Below are positions 50,501-61,800 of a stretch of DNA of 64,000 nucleotides, one piece after another. Numbering within the stretch: the stretch's first letter is position 1; each line of letters starts with the position of its first letter. This DNA comes from Protoeuglena noctilucae (lineage: Eukaryota), in contig OY253687.1 of the NCBI GenBank assembly GCA_958009085.1, positions 1 through 64,000 on the forward strand, in the 5' to 3' direction. Below the pieces are notes generated by a model. The model made no database searches. It had not been told where the DNA came from and saw nothing but the letters and a program-made list of their open reading frames with translations. The translations under genes and the position numbers were made by a program.

Positions 50501-53382
50501 CTTGGTGGCGGATATCCAGTTGATGTTGTATTATATAGACATTGTGTCAGATGGTGAGAAATAATGACACTGAAGGGGCTCAGGGCGAGGAGGGAGGGGG
50601 GGTGGGTAGTTGCCTGGGCTGTGATACTACTACAAATTATGATAGTAACAGTGACACATTATAGTAGTTACTGTCATTACCATATGACCATTTCTGATCT
50701 TCATAACAAACCCCTCTCTCCTCAGGTGGATGCCCGGTCGGACCGTGGCAAGGGTCCTGTGGCGGTGGTGGTGGTGGGGGAGGGGACGCTGCGGGTGGGG
50801 GACGTGGTGGTGGCGGGGACGGCGAGCGGGAGGTGAGGGGGGGGGGTGAAGGGTGGGTGGGGATAAGTAGAATGGCGATGAATGGATTGGTAGTGGTTGC
50901 AATCGGTTGCAATCATGGGTGCGCTTTGATGAGTGTGTGTTGGACATACGGATGGAGATGGAGAGGTTGATAGCTGCTGCAGTGGCAAGTGCATGCTGCC
51001 GTGTATGTATCATATATCTGCAATCGCGGTATGTCTCTCATATCTCAGGGTGCGCCACATGTACATTCCGGGTGCCGACCGTGCGGTGGAGGAGGCGGGG
51101 CCGGGGGAGGCGGTGGAGGTGTCGGGGATCGCCGTGCTGCCCAGGCCGGGGGACCCGGTGAGGTTAATGGGAAATGGAGAGAGTGGATAGGATGAGTGGT
51201 TGTGTGATGGTGGGGAGGCAGTGGAGGTGTCGGGGATCGCAGTGCTGCCCAGCTACTCAATCCGTTTTCATCAGATAGGGTAATAATGACTATCATATCC
51301 CAATCGTCACACCCGCGTCCCCCCAGGTGATGGTGACTGCGACCGAGGACCGTGCCAAGCGCATCGCCAGCGCACGGGCCAAGTGGGAAGAACAACGCAC
51401 GCAGCACACACAAATCACTAACAGCCAATCCAACCCATCCGCACCCGCGTCATTGATCGGGACATCCGCGCCACTGACTGCTACCAACGACACATCAGCA
51501 ACCGGCAATACGGCTAAACCCCACGCCGCCACCTCACCCACCGCCACCCCCACTGCCACTACCCATGCCACCCCTACCACCCCCGCCATTCCTCGATTGC
51601 CCGTATTGGTTCCCTTGATACTGAAGGCGGACGTTCAGGGGTCATTGGAGGCACTGCGTGCGATGGTGGAGGGGATGAGCACGGCAGTGGTGGCGCTGAG
51701 GGTGGTGGAGGCGTCGGTGGGGCCGCTCAAGAGCAGCGACGTGGTGCAAGTGAACATCGCGGAGTGAGTTAGGGTGGTTGTATTGATGTGGGTGATTACA
51801 TATCATATGAACATGGGAGTAGCAGCAACGCGGTGCTTCGTCTCTGACCATGCGTCCTCATCCCATCACAGCACCACTCATCCGCAATTGTTACAGGTGA
51901 CTGTCACATTCATTTATCGTATACCACCCCTTCCCATTACAGACAAGGCTCTTCGTCATCCCGCGGCGCCATCGTGTGTTTCAACATTTCCATCGACAAG
52001 GCCGTGGCTGCCCAGGCCAAGCAGACCATGGGGTGGGTCACATTGAAGGAGAAGGTCATCTACCGACTGCAGGAGAAGGTGGGGGGGGATGGATGGCGAT
52101 GAGTGGTACTTGTTGGTACTTATTGGTTGTGGTACTTATTGGTCGACTGGGAGTGAGGGTGGGATGCGGGGTTGTGATGGGTCATCTACCGACTGCAGGA
52201 AAAGGTGAGGGGGTGATGGGTGGCAATAACCATGAAAGAGATAGTAGCAAGGGGGATGGTTGACGGTGCTCTTTTGGTAAATGGTCATCTACCGACTGCA
52301 GGAGAAGGTGAGGGGGGAATGGTGGTGATGATGGGGTGGATGGCAACAAGTGGTTGAGTGTGTGTGGGATGCGGGGTTGTGATGGCTCATCTATCGACTG
52401 CAGGAGAAGGGGGGGGGGGGGGGGGGGGGGGGTGATGGGATGGGGGAGTATCAGTGGTTGATTATCAGTGATAATAGTGAGAATACTAGGCATCGTTGAC
52501 CGCCCCCTTCCGTATGCAGCACCCATCGCTACTAGCATTGATGACGTACCATCCATCACCACACCGCCCCTGCAACCCCCCTGCAGTTGCAATCCCTGAT
52601 GTCGGAACGTGCTCCGCTGATCCGCGTCGTAGACGTGGTGGGCCACGCGGACGTGCTGCAGACATTCGTGGCGGGGCGGTCGGGGCAGGTGGTGGCGGGG
52701 TGCAAAGTGCGGAAGGGGGAGGTGCGGGGGCCTGCGAAGGGGTGCAGGGTGAGTGGAATGGTGTGGTGGGAATGGGCATGTGTGCATGGAGTGGGTGTGT
52801 ATGTTTTCACGGCGTGGGGAGCAAGCGGGTGCCGGGTGAGGGAGTAGGGTGGAGTGGGTGTGCATGAAGGCATGCACTATATATATTTAGTATGACTTAC
52901 ACCATCCACGCATCTCCCCCCTCATTTCAGGCTTTCCGCGTGTTGCGCCGTGGGCAGGTGGTGTGGGAGGGCCCGGCCAAGGACCTGCGCAGATTCAAAG
53001 ACAGCGTTAACGAAGTGGGGGAGGGGAACGACTGCGGGGTGCTGCTGGAGGGATTCGACGGTGAGAGAGCGAATGGAGGGGATGGTTCATAGTACTATCA
53101 TGTAGCCATTTGCTATGTAATTACAGATGATAATCATAGATTTACTGTTTATTGTATATATAGCATGATGTTGTTTACGTATGTATAATTTTATTGTCTC
53201 CTTATTCATCTTTATCTATATCCTTAACATAAATATAAATCCACGACATCCCTTCCCCACCGCACGCAGCGTACGAGGTGGGTGACGTGCTGGAGTGCGT
53301 GGCGGAGGTGGAGCGGCGAATGGACCTCCACACACCGGTGGAGAAGCAGTTGGGGATACGGGGGTATGAGACGACGGTATGA
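47561..53382 (+). CDS. infB: Organellar translation initiation factor IF-2
   Basis: [88 protein letters not shown]. Start codon uncertain (47423-47770). Confidence 0.93.
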
Positions 53383-53563
53383 GATAGGAGGTGCGGGTGG
53401 GGGTTGAGGGATAGATAGGTGGAGGGATGACGGACTGAGGTCGTCGCTTTGTGCCCGTAATGAGAGGTGGGGTTTGAAAGTCATCAATGGTTTCGCTGAA
53501 ATTCAAATATCGTCACATTGACTAATGCCAGCCATATCAATCACTTCGCCCAGCCGTGCCCCG

Positions 53564-55258
53564 TCACATGTCGTATAGCTCTGGCCGCTCCTGGATGCCC
53601 ATCCCCGCCATCAGCTTCTTTTTGCTCATCTTGCGACCCACTGCGGGGGAATAGAGAATTAATCAAACAATCACACACACACTAGTCATCCACTCTTACA
53701 ACCCCACCCACCCCACCCCACCACTCTCCCCACTACCCTCACCTGCGTTTTTCACCACACGTCCCCCCTTGACCCCCACCCCCGTTCCTGCCTTGCCCCC
53801 CCTTCCCTTTCCCCCCTTCGCCCCCCCCTCGTCGCCCCTTGCGTTGGCAGTGCCGGGTTTGACCTCCCCCCTCTTAATGGCCGCCTCCCAGGCCAGTCGG
53901 TGGCGGTGGTAGAGATACAGGGCTGGGGGGGGAGAGGTTAAGAGAGGTGGGGGTATAAACGACAGACCTTTGTATAGTACTATCTGTCTCCACAGTCGAC
54001 ACAGCCATGGACAAACGGCCATATAACCACACCAATATCTATACAACCACATATCATTACAACCAAATATATTCACACTCACACCCAAACACCCACCCGT
54101 CCATCACTCACCGCACCGCGCATCCTCCACCGGCGAATGCGACCCCGACTGAATGCTCAGCCCCAGCACCTCCTCAGACAATGCTCGCAAACTCCTGGGC
54201 CTGGGTTTGCCCTCTTTTCCCTCCGATGCGGGATCGGTCATGAGTGGGGGGTAGCATGCGGTGTCGCGTGTGAGGTGGGGGGGGTGCGTGAGCTGCAGGG
54301 CTTTGAAGTCGTTGTGCACGGCGTGGCCCACCACCACGCGGCCGCGAAGGAGGTCCGCGACGCGCTCACGGACCTTGCTGGGAGCACGAAATGGGTGGGT
54401 GTGGGTGGGTGTTGGGGGGTTAAGGTGATATAGGAGCACCCTAGAAGAGGGTGGGGCAAGATCAGCACAGGTGGGGTGGTGATGGGGACGCAGAGAGCAG
54501 TGGAACGCCACCCTGGTTGATTGGGATGCACACAAGCACAGCGAAAGAGAGAGAGGGGATCTGCGGCACCCGCAACACCAGCCCTCGTCCCCCCACGGCA
54601 CGTAGCACATCACGCAGCACGTTCCCCCCTCACGTCACACGTGCTCTTACCGGAAGGGCGGTGCGTCCCGCAGGTCCCTGGGCCGCAGTCCGCTGAACCG
54701 CGTGCGATAATCGGTGATGCGACGCTCGGGGCGGCACTTCTCATCCAGCAACACGTGACCCTCGTTGTTAACCACCACCACGTGTGCCAGCGCGCTCGTC
54801 TTCTCGGGGCCCACGCCGACCATCTCACAATCGATCGCGACCACGCGAGTCGGACCCGCAGAGTCGCCGACCGGGCCGGGCGCGGCGGGGGCGGGCGGGG
54901 CTGCAACGTCCGACCCTCCCCCGCCCGCATGCTTGGCGGTCTTGCGGCGCTTCTGGGCGCCGGAGTGGGACGGCAGCTGCGCGCGGAGGGCCTTCCAGTT
55001 CGCGTCGCCCGCGCGAACGGGGCCGGGGGCCGCAGCGGGGCCCGCCGCGCGCGGGGGGCGGGTTACAGACGCGTCCCCGTCTGCTTGCCGCCCCGACGGG
55101 CCCGCCTCGCCGCCCCTCGCGGAATCCGGACGCGACCGCGACCGCTTTCGCTTCTTGAGACGCGGATCCCCGTCCGCATCCGCCCTGCCGCGGCGCGGGG
55201 CGGCTGCGGCGGCACCGGCGGCCGGGACGCCGCCCCTGCTCCGCCCGCCCGACGCCAT
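53564..55258 (-). CDS. REX4: RNA exonuclease 4 (DEDDh)
   Basis: NWKAL, VVAIDCEMVGVG, ITDYRTRFSG, VVVGHAVHNDFKAL, RDTA, IQSGSHSPVEDAR. Confidence 0.93.
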
Positions 55259-55804
55259 CGCGGGACCTGCGGGAGGCGTGCACACACGACAGAGCTAAGG
55301 GGATGCTCGCGCGCTTCATCGCGCAGCTTGGCGCTGTGAGGAGCACGGGAGAGACGGAACAGTGGCACGCTGTAGGGTTCGAAGGCCATGCGCGCCCCGG
55401 GGCGATCGAGAAAGCGCTACTCACGAGCCGCTCGATGCTTTCAAGCTTCGAGTAGCCGATGATGTCGTCGCGGGGTGCCGAGAGCGACCCTCTTCGCCAA
55501 TCGTTGCGTGCGAAGCGCGAGCGGTGCGCTGGATGCTGCAGGAGGCGCGAGGGCAGCTGCAAGCACACCGCGGCTATTCCAGTATGCTGATACATGCAGT
55601 GCCACTCGGGCGCTTGCCCAATGACCCCGCGTCGGCCTGCCCGACCGCGGTCATCCCCCACTGGCGGACTTTCCTGGCGCCCCGGTTCATTCGGACGACC
55701 GGCGCGGCGCCGCTGCCCATTGCTTACTTTCGTGCGGGCAAGCGGAGAGCCTCGTCGCTGGATGGGGACCGGCGCGCAGGTTTGAATTCGCTGCCCTCAC
55801 GACC

Positions 55805-58800
55805 ATGGCGCAGAAGCGCAGGCCCGCGGCCGCGGCGCGCCACGCCGCGTCGTCTGCGGATGCCGAGACGTCGAAGCGACCGCGGAGGGACGCGGCGGAC
55901 GCCGCTAAGACCGAGGAAATTTTAAGTGAAGGTGGGTCGCCAGGTGGCCCCGACCCGGGCTCCCTGGGGGCTCTCGGCCGTGGCCCCCGATCGGATGCGT
56001 CGCGAATAGTTGCATAGTACTCGTTGGGATGGCCCCGCGGTCCAGACCATCCCTTCCCGCGACGCGGCTCGGGCTTTTCGCCACCTCCTGTGTTCGTTGG
56101 CGGGAGGGCCCGCGGCGATCGCCGATGGGCTTCCTGCGACCACGATGAATGCATGCGCTCAGCCGCTTGTTGGATCATGCCTCGGAGGCGCCCCCGGCCG
56201 GGCGGCAGGGCGGCACGCGCCCATCCCCACGCAGCCGCTCTGGGGGGCGCCCAGCGCTCATCCGGGCCTTCGCTGTCCTCAGCCGCACCGCAGCAGACCA
56301 CTGGATATCGATAGCAGTAATCTCTGACTCCTCCCGCCCTTCCGCGCGGTACCCCGCCCTCGGGCGGGGGCGCTCCACAACGCGGAGGCCGCGGGGCCCC
56401 GCGCCGCCCGCCCCCGCGCCCGTGCGGCCTCGCATTGCGTTTGCGCGCTCAGTTTTTTGCCGCACTTTTTCTTGCAGACCCCATCGGTGCGCTCTGATCA
56501 CCCCAGCGCGCCCCGTCCCGCCCTGTTGCAAGCTGCTTTCCCTCGCCCGATTTCGCCCGCAGTGAACGGTCGGAAGCGCCGCGCGGCCGAGCGGAGCTAC
56601 AAGGAGTCCCCGGTGCACATCCGGGAGGACCGCATCGCGGTGGTGGAGGTCCCCGTGGCCGAGACGGAGGCCGATGCCATTGCCGAGGTGCGGATGTGCA
56701 CCGCGAATCTATAGCTATGCGCATGCGGGGCATGGGGCATGGAATGAGGCGAGGCGAGACATGTATCTGATGGATGCAGTTGACCCACGCTACGCCAGCT
56801 TTAGCAGCCCTCGCCGTCCACTCACCTCCACACAGCACCTCGCTCCCATCACACCCACGTCCCACCCACCTGCGCCCCACAGCCGATGCCACCCCCACCA
56901 CCGCTTGCCACCCCACCCTCTCTCCTCATATCCATCATAACTCATCCCGCAGACGGGCGGCGCCCCAGCATCTGGCCCTGCCATCCGTCGCCTCGTGGAT
57001 TTCCGCATCGCCGATGCCGCCGGCGCCCCCCTCCCCGTCGAGTGCGTCGACACCGGTTCTGACACAAACTCTGACAAGCACTCTGGCGCTGACGTCAGGC
57101 TGTCCGGCTGCGTGTACCCCGCCGCGGGGCAGCTGTCCAAGGGATCCGGGCGCCGCGTGGCGTCCCTGGATCGAATCCTGGGGTGGGAAGTGCGTTTCGG
57201 GAAACCGGCGCCCGTGCTGGTCATCCGCACGGCCCTGGGGGAGTACGAGTGCGGGAAGCCCGAGGCGCGGTACCGCAAGGTGAAAGGGAGTGGGGTGGTG
57301 GTGGGAGTTGAGGCGGGGGTGTGCTGGTGCGGGGTTGCTGGTGTGCATGGATGGGGGTGTTGGTGGAGGGGATGGGCGAGGGTGCTGAGTGGGTGCAGAC
57401 CAACGTCATCAACTCTACTCCTCATCTCTCTCCCCTTCCCTCCCCACCCACGCAGGTCTTCGACTCTTTCATGGAGCAAGCCACGCTTGCCAACGAGGTC
57501 GCCCTGGCCCTCCTGCCCCCCCTGGGCGGCACCCTCAGCGCGCCCCTGGATTCCGTGCTTGCGGCCGTAGCACGTTCCGGCACAGCACGATCCTACGCCT
57601 CGTCCCGCCAGGCCCTGCAGCTCAACGCCACCTTCGTCGTCGCTCAGCTGGACAAGGCAGCTGCCAGAATGGAGGTGTCGTTCCGGAAGTGCCCGGCTTA
57701 CAAGGAGATCGCGGAGATGGGGACGGGGCTGGGGTACAGGGTCGAGGGGGCGGGGGGAGGGGTGCGCATTGCGGAGGGGGGGGAGAGGGAGAAGCCCAAG
57801 ACGGGTGAGGGATGGGAGTGAAGGGGATTGGGCTGAGTGGGGTGTGCGTGTGGCTGTGTGAGTGCGTGTGCATGAGTATGCAAGAGAGTGAGTGAGTGCG
57901 TGTCCCAGTGTCTGAGAGTAAGTGGCTGTGTAAGGGCTTGAAGTAGTTAACAGCAACGTGACCATCCACTATATCTATTCCCCATCCGCAGACCAGGAGC
58001 GGATGGACATGGAGATGGCGCTGCGTCTGGATGCAAAGCTCAACGGGGCGGGGCAGACGGGGCGCAAGGGGGGCAAGGGGGGGAAGCATGCCGACGCGTA
58101 CCTGCAGGTGAGGGGTGGGGAGTGGGGGTGGGGTGGGTGGTGTTGCAGCTGTCGGCCCTGCTTACTCTGAGCCATGCTATCTCGTCTTTGCACCCTCACT
58201 GCCACCCTCACTGCCAACCTCACTGCCAACCTCACTGCCACCCTCACCCTCATAACCCATCTCACTATTTCTTCGTATGCAGGTGGAGTGGTCCGAGGTG
58301 GCCCCCTACTACCCCACCCCCGGGCAGTACAACGGCGTGGAGGGGGTGGAGGAGATGGATGAGCTGCTCACCGTTTGCGAGGAGGACTACGCGGGTCTGG
58401 ACGCCTCTCACTTCCCCAGGCGGCTCATGAGGAACTTCCACATCTACGACGCAGAGAGGGTCACGGGTGAGGGGATAGGATATGAGCATCACGATCACTA
58501 ATACTATATTATCGTACTGCACTGTGTTATCACGCCACCCCACTCCCACACACCAGTCCACCTCACCACCCCACACCACCCCACCTCACCACCCCACACG
58601 AACCCCACCCCACCTCACCTCGCCCCCCGCAGCTGCCCTAGAGTTGGCCCCCATGTCTGGCGGCATCGACTCTGCGGTCGAGTTATTCCTTTCTGGCGAT
58701 TTCATCGAGGAGGATGGGACATGGGAGATGGCAGGGCAGGCGGTGGGGGGAGAGGGGGCGGAGGGGGGGGATACTGATGAGGGGGCGGAGGAGGGGGGGA

Positions 58801-61800
58801 GTGGTGGGAGTGGGAGTGGTGGGAGTGGCAGTGGGAGCGGGAGTGGTGCTGGCAGTGGCAGTGGGAGTGGTGGCAGTGGCAGCGGTGCTGGCAGTGGGAG
58901 CGGTGCGGGCAGCGGGAGCGGGAGTGGTGCGGAGGGTGAGTGGCAACATGGCATGGCATGAGGGCTTGCAAATTGCAGTGCATGCGCCTGTGTACATGCA
59001 GTTGTGCCGCACAACTCAACCCCTGCTTCCACCCTCACTGCCACCCTCACCACCGTTACTCCCACCCCCACTGCCACCCTCACTCCCCACTCACCCCACC
59101 CACTCACCCCCACCCCACCCCTCCCCCCCAGCCCCTTCCACTGCCCCCGGCTCCTTCGGCGTCCGCGTCTTCACCACCCCCGTCCGCGAGGGGATGGTGG
59201 AGCTGTCATCGGACACGCTCTTCATCAGCGCACGCACCGACTTTGCGTGGTACCGACTGGTGGACCCGCTGCCGGACTACGCGCCCTTCTTCGAACAGGC
59301 GAGAGGGGATGTACTGTTATCATTGAGAAATGTACATGTGATGTCTATGAGTTGGTGATGTGTTGTGACCCTCTCGGGGACTACCAGCCCTTCGAGCAGG
59401 CGAGATGGGGATGTACTGTTACTGGCTATGTTTAGCTGTGCAATCGACACTGTTTGTATGGATAGATTTACTGTCATCGCTGGTTTGCGCTCTCCCATAC
59501 ATGGACTCTTCGCTCGCCTCTCACCCTCTCACCCCACCTCACCAATCCCCTCACCCACCTCCCCCCCCAGGTCGTCAAGGCCTCCCGCGTGGGTGCCCAC
59601 CTCCTCACCGCCCTGGCCGAGCAGTCCCGCGCCTCCCGCCTGTCACTGCCGGATGCCGTGCGCGCCCTCGCATCGCAACCCACCACCTCCCCCCTGCACA
59701 TCAGCCGGCGCGTGAATGAGGTCGAGCGGTACCTGGCCGTGCACGGGCAGGTGCTGCTGGGCATCCTGTCCCGGTTCCCCAATCGTGCTGTGAGCCAGGC
59801 GCCGCTGCTTCGTGCTCTGCGCGACCACATGGCCACGTGCCGCCACCACAAGGTGTTCGCCAGAGCGGATCGTGCCGCGACGCGCAAAGCACGTACCGCC
59901 AACCCCATGACGGACCGGCTGGCGGGGCAGAGGCGGCCCATGGAGGCCACGGCGACGAGATTGGTGCGGGGGGTGTACCAGGTGAGATTGGGGGATTGGG
60001 ATTTGAATGGGGATAGAGTTGGAAAGTGTGGGGGGTGTACCAGGTGAGATTGAGATTGTGGGGAACTGGGATTTGAATGAAGATGGAGTGGGATGGAGTG
60101 AAGGGCATGTACCAGATGAGATGGGGAGAGAGGGGTAGATGGGGTAGTGAGGTGTGAGAGGTGTGAAGGGGGGGGTGAGAGTTGCAGAGGGGTGTACCTG
60201 GTGGAGTGAGCATGCGGAGCGGGAATCACTAGCTATAGAAGGCAATGATGGGCTCTTTATTTATCTACAGCTAGTAACCATATCATCCCCATCATCCCCC
60301 CCAGGAGTACTTCCACCGCCGCTTCAAGTACGACAAAGAGGGCAGGGCAGCCGAGGCAGTGGCACCCGCCGCTCTCAAAGACGAAGACAACGACGACGAC
60401 GAAAAGGACCAGGGGGACCAGGAGGTCGGGGGTTCGAACCCCGCCGCTGACGGCGCCGTTTCCGGAGTGGACGGTGCGCTGGGGGAGGAGGAGGCGGAGG
60501 TGGATGCTGATTTGGAGGACAGGGATTTGGATGCGGCGGTGGAGGATGTGGGATTCGCGGGGGTGACGAGGGCGCGGAGGGGGCGCATGGGGGCGAGGGC
60601 GGCGGGGGAGGTGAGGTGGTGTGGGGGGTATGTGGGGGTGGTATGTGGGGTGAGGGTTGGTGGTTGATATCTGGGCGTTCACTATCTGGGCGTTTCTCTA
60701 CTTCAAGTGTTTTTCAGTATCGCTCAGCACACCACCACCTCTCGTCTGTTGCTACCACCACCACCCCCCTCCGCCCTCCCTCATCACCCCAACTCACCCA
60801 TTCATTCACCTCCCTTCCCCCCCCCCCAGGTCGCCGAGCTGACTGGCACCCCCATTCAATACGACGACGTGCTCTACTGGCCATCCGTGCAACTTATCAC
60901 TTCCAACATCACGGTCAAGCCCGGTGACGTGGTGGCATTCGACATGGATGCTATCATCAAAGAGATCGATGAGAGGGGCAAGAAGGGCAAGGGGAAGGGG
61001 GATAAGGGGGAAAAGGATGAGGGGGTGGAGGGGGAGGGGGTGGGGGTGGTGCAGTGTCTGGTGGAGAGGGGGGGGCGTGCGGTGGCGCAAGTGCGGGTGC
61101 TGTGGGGGGGAGAAGAGACGGGTGAGGGGGAGAGGGGGTGTGGGGGTGTTGGGGTGTGGGTTTGGAAGCGTTGGTATGAGAAATGGATGGGTGTTCAGTT
61201 GTTGGATTGACTGGTGTTGGATTAACTGGTTGATTGACTGATGGGTGATTGGTGCGACGCATGATGGATGGGTCGATGGCATCATGGTACATGGACTGAT
61301 GACTGATATCAGTAATATCAGTAATAAAACCTCGATATAACAACTACTGAACTACTCACCCCTTCTCTCTGTCCCTTCAGTGCTGGGCGATGCGGCCCCC
61401 TCCTCGGAGCTCTTCCTCACGGAGCTCTCCCACCTCGTCCCCGCCTCCGCCCTCACCCCATGCCCCCACATTACGAGAGATGAGCGGCCGTGGGGGCCGG
61501 GAGCGCGGCTGGCGGCTTATGAGGAGGGGGTAAGGAGGGAGAGGGAGAACGCCGACAGGGAGAGGAGGGGGGAGGTGCGGCAGTGGACGTACAGGTGAGG
61601 GCTGCAGGGGGGGAGTGGAGTTGTATTTGTAATAAGTGGTGTGGGGTGTGTTGGTTGCAAGTGGTGAGAGGGAGAGGAGGGGGGAGGAGCGGCAGTGGAC
61701 GTACAGGTGAGAGCTGCAAGGGGCCAGTGGGGTTGTATGGGGTGACATGGTAGTTAGATGTGATATAATAATCATTTTGTAATAACACTGTCATCTTGTT

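Noticed and set aside
52055..52410. CRISPR-like repeat-spacer array
   Set aside because: The repeats are copies of an exon end in a eukaryotic intron, with low-complexity spacers of about 80-100 nt and no cas genes.
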